Below are positions 20,579 through 30,701 of a DNA stretch of 64,000 nucleotides, piece by piece. Numbering within the stretch: position 1 is the first letter of the stretch; every line of letters begins with the position of its first letter. Made by a program: the position numbers and the translations under genes. The stretch lies in sequence record SRR31156797_1306; one strand, given 5' to 3'. The notes beneath the pieces are model-generated. The model saw only the letters and a program-made list of their open reading frames with translations. It was not told the origin of the DNA and did not search any database.

Positions 20579-21682
20579 TTAAAACTGACTAAAATATTTT
20601 TTGAATTTTTCGGGTGGAACCGACACACATATTCGTGCATAATTTGAGGCATATTCTTTCTTATCCCGGGTAAAGTAACTTAGGGAAACACTCCCTATTC
20701 CGGCATCAAACAATTCTTCTTCCGATTTATTTACGATTACAAAAATCCCTATTGGTTTTGAGTTTACATAAAACTCGCCTGCCAAAAGTTTTCTTTCCTT
20801 TAAGTATTCAATATTTTTACGAATTCCTTTTGTAGTTTCCGTCTTAAAATCATTCATTACTCTCCTCCCTTTTTCAGAATCAAGTAATTTGGCAACCAAT
20901 AGTTGAGAAAAAGCATTTATTCCATTCGTTGCATACATCAATCGAATGCCCAATTCATTCATGAAATCTTTATTAATACTGTGAACAAATCCAAGACGTT
21001 GTCCACTTAATCCGACCGATTTACTAAAACTTTCAATGATAATAACATTTTCAATTTTACCCAGTTTTTGAAAAAACATATCCTCTTCTCCACAAAAAAT
21101 CCTTCTGTACGGACAATCAATAATCACAACCGCACCTTTATCACTTAATGATTGAGCGGTATGAATGATTGCCTCATCTTCCTGTTTATTTCCAATTGGA
21201 TTATTTGGATCGCAAATTACAACGGCAGAATTACTATACAACTCACTATTCTCTTGTAATATTTGCAAATTCTCATAAGTTTCCGATTCAACATCTCTAA
21301 TGGTCATCACCTGAACATAGGATCCCCAATAGTAATCTGGCAAACAAATCTTTTCAACATTAATGGTCTGAAAAACCAAATCGAGAGCAGACATTCCACC
21401 TCCACAAACAGCAATATTCTCAACAGAAGAATTATTTGCAAAATAGTGATGATTAATTGCAATTCTTAACTCCTTTCTTCCCTGTGCTGGAGGATAAACC
21501 TGCATTTCATTTGTATTAAAATCAATATCCTTAGCAAGTACATTCAATTCGATATTACAAACAGAATTCACTCCTCTATTCAACAAGAGAAATTCTTTTC
21601 CAGTTTTCTGACTAATTTTTCTAATTCGCTCACCAATTCCTACAATTGCTGAATATTTAGCACCACTTTTATTGATTTTCAT
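20579..21682 (-). CDS. PLP-dependent aminotransferase class I/II
   Basis: DPNNPIG, IIDCPY, ESFSKSVGLSGQRLG. Confidence 0.88.
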   Translation of the reverse strand: MKINKSGAKYSAIVGIGERIRKISQKTGKEFLLLNRGVNSVCNIELNVLAKDIDFNTNEMQVYPPAQGRKELRIAINHHYFANNSSVENIAVCGGGMSALDLVFQTINVEKICLPDYYWGSYVQVMTIRDVESETYENLQILQENSELYSNSAVVICDPNNPIGNKQEDEAIIHTAQSLSDKGAVVIIDCPYRRIFCGEEDMFFQKLGKIENVIIIESFSKSVGLSGQRLGFVHSINKDFMNELGIRLMYATNGINAFSQLLVAKLLDSEKGRRVMNDFKTETTKGIRKNIEYLKERKLLAGEFYVNSKPIGIFVIVNKSEEELFDAGIGSVSLSYFTRDKKEYASNYARICVSVPPEKFKKYFSQF

Positions 21683-21798
21683 CTTTCTATTAGTTTTTTG
21701 CTAATTAAATCAGCTTGAGCCTGAATAGCAAATTTTTCTTACTGCTTTAGAGAATCTACAATTTTTTATAAATTCACCTTTCTCTAAAATATTAAAAA

Positions 21799-22968
21799 AT
21801 GAAATACAATTTCGACGAAATAATAAACCGTAAAAATACCAATTCGGTAAAATACGATATGCTTAAGCAGTACTTTGGAAAGGATGACCTGCTTCCTTTT
21901 TGGGTGGCTGATACCGATTTTAAAGTACCGACATGCATCTCAGATGCAATTATAAAGCGTGCCAATCATGAGATTTATGGCTATTCGTTTCGTGGAGATG
22001 ATTGTATTAAAAGTGTGCAATCCTGGCTTAAAAAAAGACACGATTGGAATGTTCCTTCAAATTGGATTTCATCAAGCCCTGGCGTTGTTACTGCTCTTTC
22101 ACTTTTATTAATGAGCTTAACTGAAAAAGGAGATAAAATTGCAGTTCAACCTCCTGTTTATCATCCATTTTTTCATGTTGTAAATGACACTGAAAGAAAC
22201 CTGGTATACAATCCTTTAATTAGAACAGAAAGTTCTTACGAAATGGATTTTGAAAATTTAAAGCAATTGGCTAAAAATGGGTTGAAAGCTTTATTAATAA
22301 GCAATCCTCACAATCCGGTAGGAAGAGTTTGGAATAAAAATGAACTTCTTCGCTTAGGAGAAATAGCTAGAAAATATGATTTCTTAATCATTTCAGATGA
22401 AATTCATCAAGATTTAATTTACTCGGATTACAAACACATTCCTCTTGCCTCATTATCCGAAGATTTAGCTCAACGTACAATTACCTGCATTGCTCCTTCA
22501 AAAACATTTAATGTAGCTGGTTTAGCCAGTTCCGTTATTATTATTCCAAATCAGAAATTAAAAAAACAGTATGAAAAACTATTATCTGCAATGCATCTCG
22601 ATTCGGGAAATTTATTTGGACACATTGCTATGCAAGCTGGATATGAAAATGGTAAAGAATGGTTAGAGCAATTAATGGATTACCTGGAATCTAATGTCAA
22701 TTTTGTAAAAAAATACCTAAAAAATAATATTCCAGAAATAAAATTGGTTGAACCTGAAGCAACGTATCTGCTTTGGCTTGATTGCAGAGAACTTGAAATT
22801 AGTACCGAAAAATTGAATAAAATCTTGATTGATTCTGCTAAAGTTGCTTTAAATAAGGGCACTACATTCGGCAAAGAAGGTGAAGGCTATATGAGATTAA
22901 ACATTGGATGCCCAAAATCAGTTTTACTAGAGGGATTAAGTAAAATTAAACAAGTAATAAAAAAGTAA
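21799..22968 (+). CDS. patB: MalY/PatB family C-S lyase (cystathionine beta-lyase)
   Basis: WVADTDF, NPHNPVGRVW, SDEIH, APSKTFNVAGL, EATYLLWLD, RLNIGCP. Confidence 0.9.
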   Translation: MKYNFDEIINRKNTNSVKYDMLKQYFGKDDLLPFWVADTDFKVPTCISDAIIKRANHEIYGYSFRGDDCIKSVQSWLKKRHDWNVPSNWISSSPGVVTALSLLLMSLTEKGDKIAVQPPVYHPFFHVVNDTERNLVYNPLIRTESSYEMDFENLKQLAKNGLKALLISNPHNPVGRVWNKNELLRLGEIARKYDFLIISDEIHQDLIYSDYKHIPLASLSEDLAQRTITCIAPSKTFNVAGLASSVIIIPNQKLKKQYEKLLSAMHLDSGNLFGHIAMQAGYENGKEWLEQLMDYLESNVNFVKKYLKNNIPEIKLVEPEATYLLWLDCRELEISTEKLNKILIDSAKVALNKGTTFGKEGEGYMRLNIGCPKSVLLEGLSKIKQVIKK

Positions 22969-23111
22969 AAAAACTTTGAATTGTAGGGTTACCTTTTGCC
23001 TATTTCAAGTATTAAGGAGTAGAAGATTACTCTGAATTGGAAATCGCCCTATAAATTTATCAATCGAAGTTGATTTTCTGCAAAAAAAACAACAGTCCGT
23101 TTTTCACACAC

Positions 23112-23142
23112 AAAAACCCCGGTTCTACTACACCGGGGTTTT
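23112..23142. terminator. Strong hairpin or terminator in the patB-EamA intergenic region
   Basis: AAAACCCCGGT-tctactac-ACCGGGGTTTT. Confidence 0.75.
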
Positions 23143-23266
23143 GTTATTTAAATTTTCAAACCGAATTTCTTAAATTCACTATCGCATTGATCCATAAACG
23201 AGTCGAATAAGTCACTTTGTTCTCAAATATATTTCAAGTACATTCGAGCACTCAATATCACTCACT

Positions 23267-24142
23267 ATGGATTGGAAAAAACCTTGGTTTCAGTTTTCTA
23301 TATTATTACTACTCGCCTTTGTTTGGGGAAGTTCATTCATATTAATGAAAATCGGGTTAAAAAGTTTTAGTAGCGAGCAAGCTGCTGGAATCAGAATGTT
23401 ACTGGCTTCTGTTGTTTTACTTCCCTATTCCATAAAAAATCTAAAATTACTTAAGCGAAAAGATTTAAAAAGTTTATTAATTGCAGGATTCATCGGAAGT
23501 TTTATACCTGCCTTTTTATTTACAAAAGCTCAAACGCAAATAGACAGTGCACTTGCCGGCATGTTGAATTCATTAACCCCAATCTTTACATTAGTAATAG
23601 GTTTACTTTTCCACAAAACTAAATTTAGGTGGCTACAAATTGCAGGTTTGATAATTGGTTTATTGGGCGCACTAGGTTTAATTACTTCGGGAGAAGATTT
23701 ATCATTTCAGAATATAAATAGCTATGCATTATTAATTGTATTGGCAACAATATTTTACGGAATAAATATCAATGAAATAAAAGCCAGATTATCTCATTTA
23801 ACAGGAGTACAAATCACATCTTTGGCATTTTTCTTTACCGGACCTGCAGCACTAATCTATCTGCTAACAACAGATTTTGAACCCGTTTTCGCTTCCCAAG
23901 GATGGGCAATTCACTTTCTTGCATTAGCTGCATTAGGAATCATTGGCACTGCCTTAGCCATGCTATTAATGAACAGCTTAATTCGTCATATCTCAGCGGT
24001 TTATGCCTCATCTGTAACGTATATTATTCCAATCTTTGCTATCTTTTGGGGAGTTATTGATGGCGAAAAAATTACATCTTTACACGTAATTTGTATGACT
24101 TGCATCTTATTAGGCGTATATCTTATAAACAAGAAAAAGTAG
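23267..24142 (+). CDS. DMT/EamA family transporter
   Basis: WGSSF, AGMLNSLTPIF, VTYIIPIFA and about 10 TM helices. Confidence 0.9.
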   Translation: MDWKKPWFQFSILLLLAFVWGSSFILMKIGLKSFSSEQAAGIRMLLASVVLLPYSIKNLKLLKRKDLKSLLIAGFIGSFIPAFLFTKAQTQIDSALAGMLNSLTPIFTLVIGLLFHKTKFRWLQIAGLIIGLLGALGLITSGEDLSFQNINSYALLIVLATIFYGININEIKARLSHLTGVQITSLAFFFTGPAALIYLLTTDFEPVFASQGWAIHFLALAALGIIGTALAMLLMNSLIRHISAVYASSVTYIIPIFAIFWGVIDGEKITSLHVICMTCILLGVYLINKKK

Positions 24143-24144
24143 AT

Positions 24145-25497
24145 TTATTCCGAATCAATTCTAAGTGTAAATCTCACGGTTGATTCTACAAAATTGCCAT
24201 TAGATTTAGCTGCAGTCCAATTTTCTCCTTGCTCTATTAATAGCTTAACTCTATTTATAAGACCTTTATCTGTAGTACCTTTTACTTTAATTTTTTCAAT
24301 TCTACCACTCGAACTTAAATGGAATGAAATTTTCAGCTTCACTCTCTTATTGATGATTTCTGTATTCTTTATCTCAGCAATTAATAATTTCTTATACTCT
24401 TTTAAGTTTTTGGAAACAGAAGGCTTGGCTTTGTCCCAGGATCTTCCCGACTCTTCCATTTTCACTTCAGCAGCCGAACCTGTTACAAATTTTTCTTTTT
24501 TAGTTCCATAAGCTGTCACCACAACCTCATTCATAGACACATTATCCTGTTCCAAAACAACCAAAAGAGAATCTGCTATATCCATTTCTTTAGGCTTTAA
24601 ACCGATAAAGGATGCAGTCAATTTATAGTTTGGATTTGTATCCGTTAAACTCATCTCAAATTTTCCATCAATATCAGTAAGAACTCCCTGATTTGTTCCT
24701 TTTACAACAATACTTGCACCTGGTAATGGCATATTCTCTTCATCAAGTACTATTCCCTTAATTTGACGAATTCCAGCACTTTTAGACAAACTCGCAATTC
24801 CTCTTATTTGAATAGAATCATCTCTTTTATTCACTACAAGTCCCGCTACCTTACCAGACAATTCCTTTTCAACTGGCTCAGCTTTTAAGTTCGAATCACT
24901 CATCATCTGCGATTCACGTTGCACTTTAGCAATTAAAGATTTAGCCTTCGTGATACTTTCAACCCTAACCAATTCAACATCTTCCTGTCTATCTTCCTCT
25001 AACATTACAGGCATCTCCTCAGAAATATCAGAACCATCTCTAACATGTTCTGATTCTGGCACTTCCTCGATATTATCATCAGATTCTTGCTTTTTTAATA
25101 CCTGCTTTTCTAAAGTATCCGAATAAACTTTAGTTTTTGGAACAAGGTTTTCTTCCTCCTTTATTTCCTGACTTACAAACTCATCCAATGGAGGATTTTG
25201 ATTGATATAGAGTAGAACTGCGCTTAATCCAAGTAATACAATTATACTCGCAGCATAAGGAAGCCAGATTGCAATCCGTCTCTTTTTTGATTTTATTCTA
25301 GATTGTAATCCCAAATCTAGTTCCTGTAAATCTATTTCAAGTTGATGTTCTTCCAATTTCGATAATCCATCATAAGCCTCACTTTCAAAATCATCCTGCA
25401 TCATCGATTTCTCAAAATCATAGGCTTCCTTATTCGGCATTTTATTACCAAAATAGGCTAAAAATCGATGATATTTAGTATTGCGCTTAAGCTTCAT
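24145..25497 (-). CDS. Probable anti-sigma factor with TM helix, CarboxypepD_reg-like domain and TonB-C-like tail
   Basis: Overlaps the end of the ECF gene. FEKSMMQDDFESEAYDGL N-domain, TM (YAASIIVLLGL), PLPGASIVVKGT...TDIDGKF, C-terminal W.AAK.NG..VES.V. Confidence 0.75.
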   Translation of the reverse strand: MKLKRNTKYHRFLAYFGNKMPNKEAYDFEKSMMQDDFESEAYDGLSKLEEHQLEIDLQELDLGLQSRIKSKKRRIAIWLPYAASIIVLLGLSAVLLYINQNPPLDEFVSQEIKEEENLVPKTKVYSDTLEKQVLKKQESDDNIEEVPESEHVRDGSDISEEMPVMLEEDRQEDVELVRVESITKAKSLIAKVQRESQMMSDSNLKAEPVEKELSGKVAGLVVNKRDDSIQIRGIASLSKSAGIRQIKGIVLDEENMPLPGASIVVKGTNQGVLTDIDGKFEMSLTDTNPNYKLTASFIGLKPKEMDIADSLLVVLEQDNVSMNEVVVTAYGTKKEKFVTGSAAEVKMEESGRSWDKAKPSVSKNLKEYKKLLIAEIKNTEIINKRVKLKISFHLSSSGRIEKIKVKGTTDKGLINRVKLLIEQGENWTAAKSNGNFVESTVRFTLRIDSE

Positions 25498-26077
25498 TTT
25501 GTTTTTCAAATTGTTCCAAACAAATTTTCAAATTTCTTTTTCCGTTTTGTATATAGCTTTTTACTTTGTTTACCGGCAAATCTAATATTTCCGAAATCTC
25601 CTTGTAACATTTCTCTTCATAATAAAAAGATAGGATACATTTCTGTTGTTGTTCTTTTAGTCGATCAATGCATTTTTTCAAATTCTCTTGCAGCATTAAA
25701 TTCGGGCTCTCATCAATAGGATGCAAATATTCTTTCGATTCCATATTTTGAGCATGTGAAAATTTGTCTGTTTGATTTTTACGGCTCTTTTGTTTACGGA
25801 TTTCCATCAAACAAAAATTCTTACAAACCACAAACAACCAACTCTTAAAATTCTTTATCTCAAATTTAGGGATTTCAATTATAAGATGTTCAAAAATCAT
25901 GTTCACAGCATCTTTTGCACTTTCTCTATCCTTCAGATATTTTAAGCATACACCATAAACCAGGTGCATATAACGAGAATAAAGTACACCCAAATGTTCC
26001 AAATCACCAGCAGTAATAAAACTATCCAGCAACTCATGATCATTATATTTTTCAGGATTTTTTTTAGACCGGAACAT
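25487..26077 (-). CDS. ECF RNA polymerase sigma-70 factor
   Basis: Region 2 (LYSRY..LVYGVC, AKDAV, FKSWL) and region 4 (YKEISEIL..PVNKVKSYIQNGKRNL). ATG at 26077 preferred. Confidence 0.93.
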   Translation of the reverse strand: MFRSKKNPEKYNDHELLDSFITAGDLEHLGVLYSRYMHLVYGVCLKYLKDRESAKDAVNMIFEHLIIEIPKFEIKNFKSWLFVVCKNFCLMEIRKQKSRKNQTDKFSHAQNMESKEYLHPIDESPNLMLQENLKKCIDRLKEQQQKCILSFYYEEKCYKEISEILDLPVNKVKSYIQNGKRNLKICLEQFEKQNEA

Positions 26078-26154
26078 GTACTCTTTGAGCGTAATTATCA
26101 AATTAAATCTTAATGCTAGTTAACCATTTCTTAAAAAAGATGAAAATATTTTAT

Positions 26155-26177
26155 GGAATTTATTCTTCCCTCGCATC
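26155..26177 (+). promoter_or_regulatory. Possible ECF-type promoter for the vWA gene
   Basis: GGAAT followed after 14 nt by CATC, about 45 bp upstream of ATG 26221 and divergent from the ECF gene. Confidence 0.3.
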
Positions 26178-26220
26178 CTAGTGATAAAAGCAAAACAATT
26201 TTATCATTAAAATAAAAGCT

Positions 26221-28131
26221 ATGAAAACAAAAGTATTATTAATCAGTCTTATTGGAGTATTTATTTCATTTTCCTTATCTGCGAAAAGCATTACAGGTAC
26301 AGTAACAGGCGAAGACAAACTGATAATACCTGGAGTAAGTGTTATTATTAAAGGAACAACTACTGGTGCATCAACAAATATAGAAGGTAAATATTCTATT
26401 GAGGCAGAAAAAGGCGACATATTAATCTACTCATTCGTGGGAATGAGATCACAACAAATTAAAGTTGAAGATCAAACTGTAATTAATGTGGAATTAAAAT
26501 CTGAGTCAATTGGTATGGATGAAGTGATAGTTTGCGCTTATGGAGTTCAAAAAAAGCAATCTGTAACGGGCAGTGCTATACAAATAAGAGGATGTAGCAG
26601 TCTACAGGGACAAGTTACTGGAGTACAAGTAAAGGGCAGACGAAACAAAAGAAGAAAAAACAAAGATTCTCAATTATTATTCCAGATGAAACATAATGAT
26701 TCGAATGCTTACTTTGATATGGATCACAATACTGAAGGTTATTCAACAATTAGAGAAAACCGATTTCGAAATGCAGTAAAAAGCCCGGTTTCTACATTTT
26801 CTATTGATGTAGATGCTGCTTCGTACAGCAATGTTCGCCACTTTTTAACTAATGGTCGCACACCTCCTGTTGATGCCGTTCGAATCGAGGAAATGGTCAA
26901 CTATTTCAATTACAACTACGATCAACCAAACGATGAACATCCTTTCGCTATTCACAATGAAATATCAGAGTGTCCATGGAACAAGGATAATTTATTATTG
27001 CATATTGGATTACAAGGTAAAAAAGTAGAAACAGAAGAATTACCTGCTTCCAACCTGGTATTTTTGTTAGACGTTTCAGGTTCTATGAATTCTCCAAACA
27101 AACTTCCATTGCTTAAAAAGGCTTTTAAACTATTGGTAAATCAACTTCGACCAGAAGATAGAGTAGCAATTGTAGTTTATGCTGGTAATTCTGGTTTGGT
27201 TCTTCCATCAACAAAAGGAAGCAATAAGGAAAAAATACTAAACTCCTTAAACCTATTAAATGCCGGAGGTTCAACTGCAGGAGCTGCTGGACTAAAACAA
27301 GCCTATAAAGTTGCTCGTGAAAATTTTATTGATGGAGGCAACAACAGAATCATTTTGGCTACCGATGGCGATTTTAATGTAGGTATTTCTAGTAATGCCG
27401 AAATGGAAAGATTGATTGAAAAGGAGAGAAACAATGGTGTTTTTATCTCCGTTTTAGGTTTTGGAATGGGAAATTACAAGGATGACAAAATGGAAATAAT
27501 TGCAGATAAAGGCAATGGAAATTATTCATACATTGATAATATTCTTGAGGCAAAGAAAGTATTGGTAAATGAATTTGAAGGAACTCTTTTTACAATAGCC
27601 AAAGATGTGAAAATTCAAATTGAGTTCAATCCAGCAGTTGTTGCTGAATATCGATTAATTGGATATGAAAACAGAATGCTTACTAAGGAAGATTTTGATG
27701 ACGATAAAAAGGATGCAGGTGAATTGGGATCTGGTCATACGGTAACAGCTTTATATGAGATTAAACTGAACAAACGAAAGAATAAGAAAGATCAGGATTT
27801 AAAGTATCAGAGTACCCAATTAAATTCGAAAGCTTTAATTAAGGATGAAATTGCCACAGTAAAATTCAGGTACAAAAAGCCTGATGAGAATAAAAGCCAA
27901 CTACTAATTAAAGAAATTCCAATGCAAGTAATCGATTCTGATTATTTATCAAACAATTATAAGTTTTCAGCCGCCGTTGCCGGATTCGGAATGCTTTTAA
28001 GAGAATCGGAACACAAGGGGAAATGCAATTACAAAATGTTAATTAATTTAGCTCAAAACTCAAAAGGTGAAGATAAAGAAGGATACAGAAGTGAATTTAT
28101 AAGATTAATGAAACTTGCCAAACATCTTTAG
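26221..28131 (+). CDS. YfbK-like vWA domain protein with N-terminal CarboxypepD_reg-like domain
   Basis: Signal peptide, PGVSVIIKGT, PVSTFSIDVD.ASY, MIDAS DVSGSM, LATDGDFNVG, IAKDVKIQIEFNP, DAGELGSGH. Confidence 0.92.
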   Translation: MKTKVLLISLIGVFISFSLSAKSITGTVTGEDKLIIPGVSVIIKGTTTGASTNIEGKYSIEAEKGDILIYSFVGMRSQQIKVEDQTVINVELKSESIGMDEVIVCAYGVQKKQSVTGSAIQIRGCSSLQGQVTGVQVKGRRNKRRKNKDSQLLFQMKHNDSNAYFDMDHNTEGYSTIRENRFRNAVKSPVSTFSIDVDAASYSNVRHFLTNGRTPPVDAVRIEEMVNYFNYNYDQPNDEHPFAIHNEISECPWNKDNLLLHIGLQGKKVETEELPASNLVFLLDVSGSMNSPNKLPLLKKAFKLLVNQLRPEDRVAIVVYAGNSGLVLPSTKGSNKEKILNSLNLLNAGGSTAGAAGLKQAYKVARENFIDGGNNRIILATDGDFNVGISSNAEMERLIEKERNNGVFISVLGFGMGNYKDDKMEIIADKGNGNYSYIDNILEAKKVLVNEFEGTLFTIAKDVKIQIEFNPAVVAEYRLIGYENRMLTKEDFDDDKKDAGELGSGHTVTALYEIKLNKRKNKKDQDLKYQSTQLNSKALIKDEIATVKFRYKKPDENKSQLLIKEIPMQVIDSDYLSNNYKFSAAVAGFGMLLRESEHKGKCNYKMLINLAQNSKGEDKEGYRSEFIRLMKLAKHL

Positions 28132-28241
28132 GCATGCAGTCAGACATATAAAAAATGTGTCTGGCTTCCTTTTTCTTGAATTTAGTTAATTGCACAATTA
28201 TTTTTAAATTTGCGCAATCAAACTAAATTCAATTCATTACA

Positions 28242-28856
28242 ATGTTCTTAAAAAAATTAGATCCGCATTTACTGGAAGCACTTGAAGAAGCTGGCTTCGA
28301 ATCTCCTAAAAAAGTTCAGAAATCGAGTATCTCTAAAATAAAAAGTGGAGCCGATTTAATTGTAAGAGCTGACGAAAAAAGCGGAAAATCAAGTACAATT
28401 GTAATTAGTGTAATTCAGCAATTAAAATCTGAATTTGAAGATGTTCCAAGGGCTATTATCGTTGTTGCAACCAGAGAAAAGGCCATTGAAATGAAGGAAC
28501 AGTTTCTAATTCTTGGTAAAAATACCGACTTGCGTGTTTTTAGTGAAGGAGACGCTGGCAATTTAATGGATCTTCGTGATAAAGTTTACGCAGGATCGGA
28601 TGTAGTTATCGCTACAGCCAAGAAATTTAATGAATTGTACTGTAACAGTGGAATCAACCTAAACAGTTTAAAAATGTTTATTGTTGATGATGCAGAACAG
28701 ATTATGAGAGATCAAATTTTATCGGAAATCAACCGGTTATCACCATATATTCCAAAATCTCAAAGAATTGTTTTTTGCAATAGAATAACCAAGCAAATGG
28801 ATGATTTCAGTGAAGAATACATGAATTTTCCTCCAATTCTTGATATTGAAGAATAA
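28242..28856 (+). CDS. Stand-alone, degenerate DEAD-box helicase N-terminal domain
   Basis: GF..P..VQ Q-motif, SGKS, VATRE, VDDAE instead of DEAD. No second RecA-like domain. Confidence 0.75.
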   Translation: MFLKKLDPHLLEALEEAGFESPKKVQKSSISKIKSGADLIVRADEKSGKSSTIVISVIQQLKSEFEDVPRAIIVVATREKAIEMKEQFLILGKNTDLRVFSEGDAGNLMDLRDKVYAGSDVVIATAKKFNELYCNSGINLNSLKMFIVDDAEQIMRDQILSEINRLSPYIPKSQRIVFCNRITKQMDDFSEEYMNFPPILDIEE

Positions 28857-28865
28857 ATACAAAAT

Positions 28866-28891
28866 AAAAGCCTCCGAATAATCGGAGGCTT
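28866..28891. terminator. Terminator between the convergent helicase-like gene and dps
   Basis: AAGCCTCCGA-ataa-TCGGAGGCTT. Confidence 0.75.
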
Positions 28892-28910
28892 CTCATTTTC
28901 AGATATTCTT

Positions 28911-29390
28911 TTACTTTAGATAAGCTTTAAACATCCAATTCATTTTCTCTAAGTAAGAAACATAGGCAGGTAATATATCTAATGTTCCTTCATCATCATT
29001 TTCGTTTGCACTTGCAATTACATCTTTAACTTTAAGAATAATTGTATTATGAGCTTCGATCACTTGTTCTACCATCTCATTTCCTGAGCAATTCGAATTT
29101 GCTTCAGTAATACTTGAAATAGCCACATAATCAGAAAAATTACCGAGCGGATGTCCATCCAATGTTAAGATTCTCTCAGCAATTTCATCTACTTTATCAC
29201 TAGCATCATTATATAATTCTTCAAATTTAACATGCAGCTCGAAGAATGAATTTCCGCGTACATTCCAATGAAAATTTCTTAAATTTTGATAATACAATTG
29301 ATAATTTGCCAACAAAATTTGCAATTGTTCTATTTCTCTTTCTTTTGCTGTTAACTCTAAAGTTTCTTGATTACTCTTTACATTCTTCAT
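28911..29390 (-). CDS. dps: Dps DNA-protecting ferritin-like protein
   Basis: HWNVRG..FFELHVKFEELY, DEIAERIL, EK..WM. Confidence 0.96.
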   Translation of the reverse strand: MKNVKSNQETLELTAKEREIEQLQILLANYQLYYQNLRNFHWNVRGNSFFELHVKFEELYNDASDKVDEIAERILTLDGHPLGNFSDYVAISSITEANSNCSGNEMVEQVIEAHNTIILKVKDVIASANENDDEGTLDILPAYVSYLEKMNWMFKAYLK

Positions 29391-29451
29391 GATATTTGTT
29401 TTTTAAAATTGATTTGTTTCTTATTTCTGTTACAAATATCCATATGTTCAA

Positions 29452-29487
29452 ATTATATTTTCTTATCGATCCATAAGATTAACTTAT
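29452..29487 (-). promoter_or_regulatory. OxyR-like operator upstream of dps
   Basis: Minus strand reads ATAA-N7-TTAT-N6-ATAA-N7-TAAT, similar to ATAG-N7-CTAT-N7-ATAG-N7-CTAT. Confidence 0.45.
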
Positions 29488-29643
29488 ATCATTTTTTTGG
29501 CACCATTGTTGAGTAAGCAAAAGCTCAAAACAAAAAACTTAACACAAAAGAATATGTTTATAATTCTGTTGTATAAATAATTTTTATAGTTTAGAGTTAA
29601 AATAATTATCTACTATTTTATTAATAATCAAATCACAAAAAAA

Positions 29644-30099
29644 ATGAAAAAGTTTGTTTTATTACTAATTATTGCCTGCGGTTTAATCATTGAAGTTAAT
29701 GCACAATCAGTTGAGTACAAAGTAATCACAACTGTAGAATCAATTGTTCCAATGGGAATTGGACGTTCAAGAATTATTGAGGAAAAATCTCCAATTGATG
29801 CTGAAGCATTCACAACTGACAGAACCGATGGTAAAAAAAGTAAGCAAAAAGATGTAAAAAGAAAAGATGCTAAGGTGAGTCTATTTGCTGAAACTAAGTT
29901 GTTAAACTTTTACAGTATTGCAGGTATCAACTTCCAAAATATTGCTTCGAACGATGCTTTAATCTCTTCGAAAATTAACAAATTAACAGAACAAGGATAC
30001 GAACTTGCTTTTATTACCAGTGGTGTAGAAAGTGATAGTGGTAAAGGTGATGGCAAAGGAATCTTTATTACCCGTTTTGTATTTAAACGTTTAAAATAA
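29644..30099 (+). CDS. Hypothetical secreted protein
   Basis: Signal peptide ending VNA-Q, clean ORF with its own terminator. Confidence 0.8.
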   Translation: MKKFVLLLIIACGLIIEVNAQSVEYKVITTVESIVPMGIGRSRIIEEKSPIDAEAFTTDRTDGKKSKQKDVKRKDAKVSLFAETKLLNFYSIAGINFQNIASNDALISSKINKLTEQGYELAFITSGVESDSGKGDGKGIFITRFVFKRLK

Positions 30100-30122
30100 T
30101 ACAAAAAACAATTTATCAAATT

Positions 30123-30153
30123 AGCCTCGAACTATGTTCGGGGCTTTTTTTTT
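30123..30153 (+). terminator. Intrinsic terminator
   Basis: AGCCTCGAAC-tat-GTTCGGGGCT plus T run. Confidence 0.8.
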
Positions 30154-30242
30154 ATCTAATTATCAGCAAATTAAAAAGGTAGGGTAAGTATAATCAGTTT
30201 TCGGTTTATTAACAAAAGCATATTGTTTCACTAATACTTAGA

Positions 30243-30701
30243 ATGATGATTCACAACAAGCTCGACAAACTATTCGGACAAGCAGGATCCGTGTTAGGAT
30301 GGCTTCTTTTGCTTGTCGGATTGTTTATTAACAAAACTGAAATTGCCATATTATTCTTCATTTCTGGTTCATTTATGGCTTTATCCTATTCCGCGATACA
30401 AATCGATTCAAACAATAATCGATATAAGTTTTACTATTCATTATTTGGATTCATTTCCTTAGGTAAATGGAAAAGTTTGAATGGTATTGATGGTATTGCA
30501 GGCATCTCTCCTATAATTAATCGTTCATCGTATTTACCTACAAATAAAAATCATCAAATCGAATCGGATGACTGTTTTGTGGTTCTATTCAGAAATAATC
30601 CCAAAAGAAAGATTCCTTTAAAAAGATGTAAAGATTTGATTGAGGCAAAATTAGAAGCTAGAAAAGCGAGTCAATTGCTTAATCTTAAAATTATTCATTA
30701 A
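30243..30701 (+). CDS. Hypothetical membrane protein
   Basis: Two N-terminal TM helices and a soluble beta-rich C-terminal part. Confidence 0.7.
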   Translation: MMIHNKLDKLFGQAGSVLGWLLLLVGLFINKTEIAILFFISGSFMALSYSAIQIDSNNNRYKFYYSLFGFISLGKWKSLNGIDGIAGISPIINRSSYLPTNKNHQIESDDCFVVLFRNNPKRKIPLKRCKDLIEAKLEARKASQLLNLKIIH

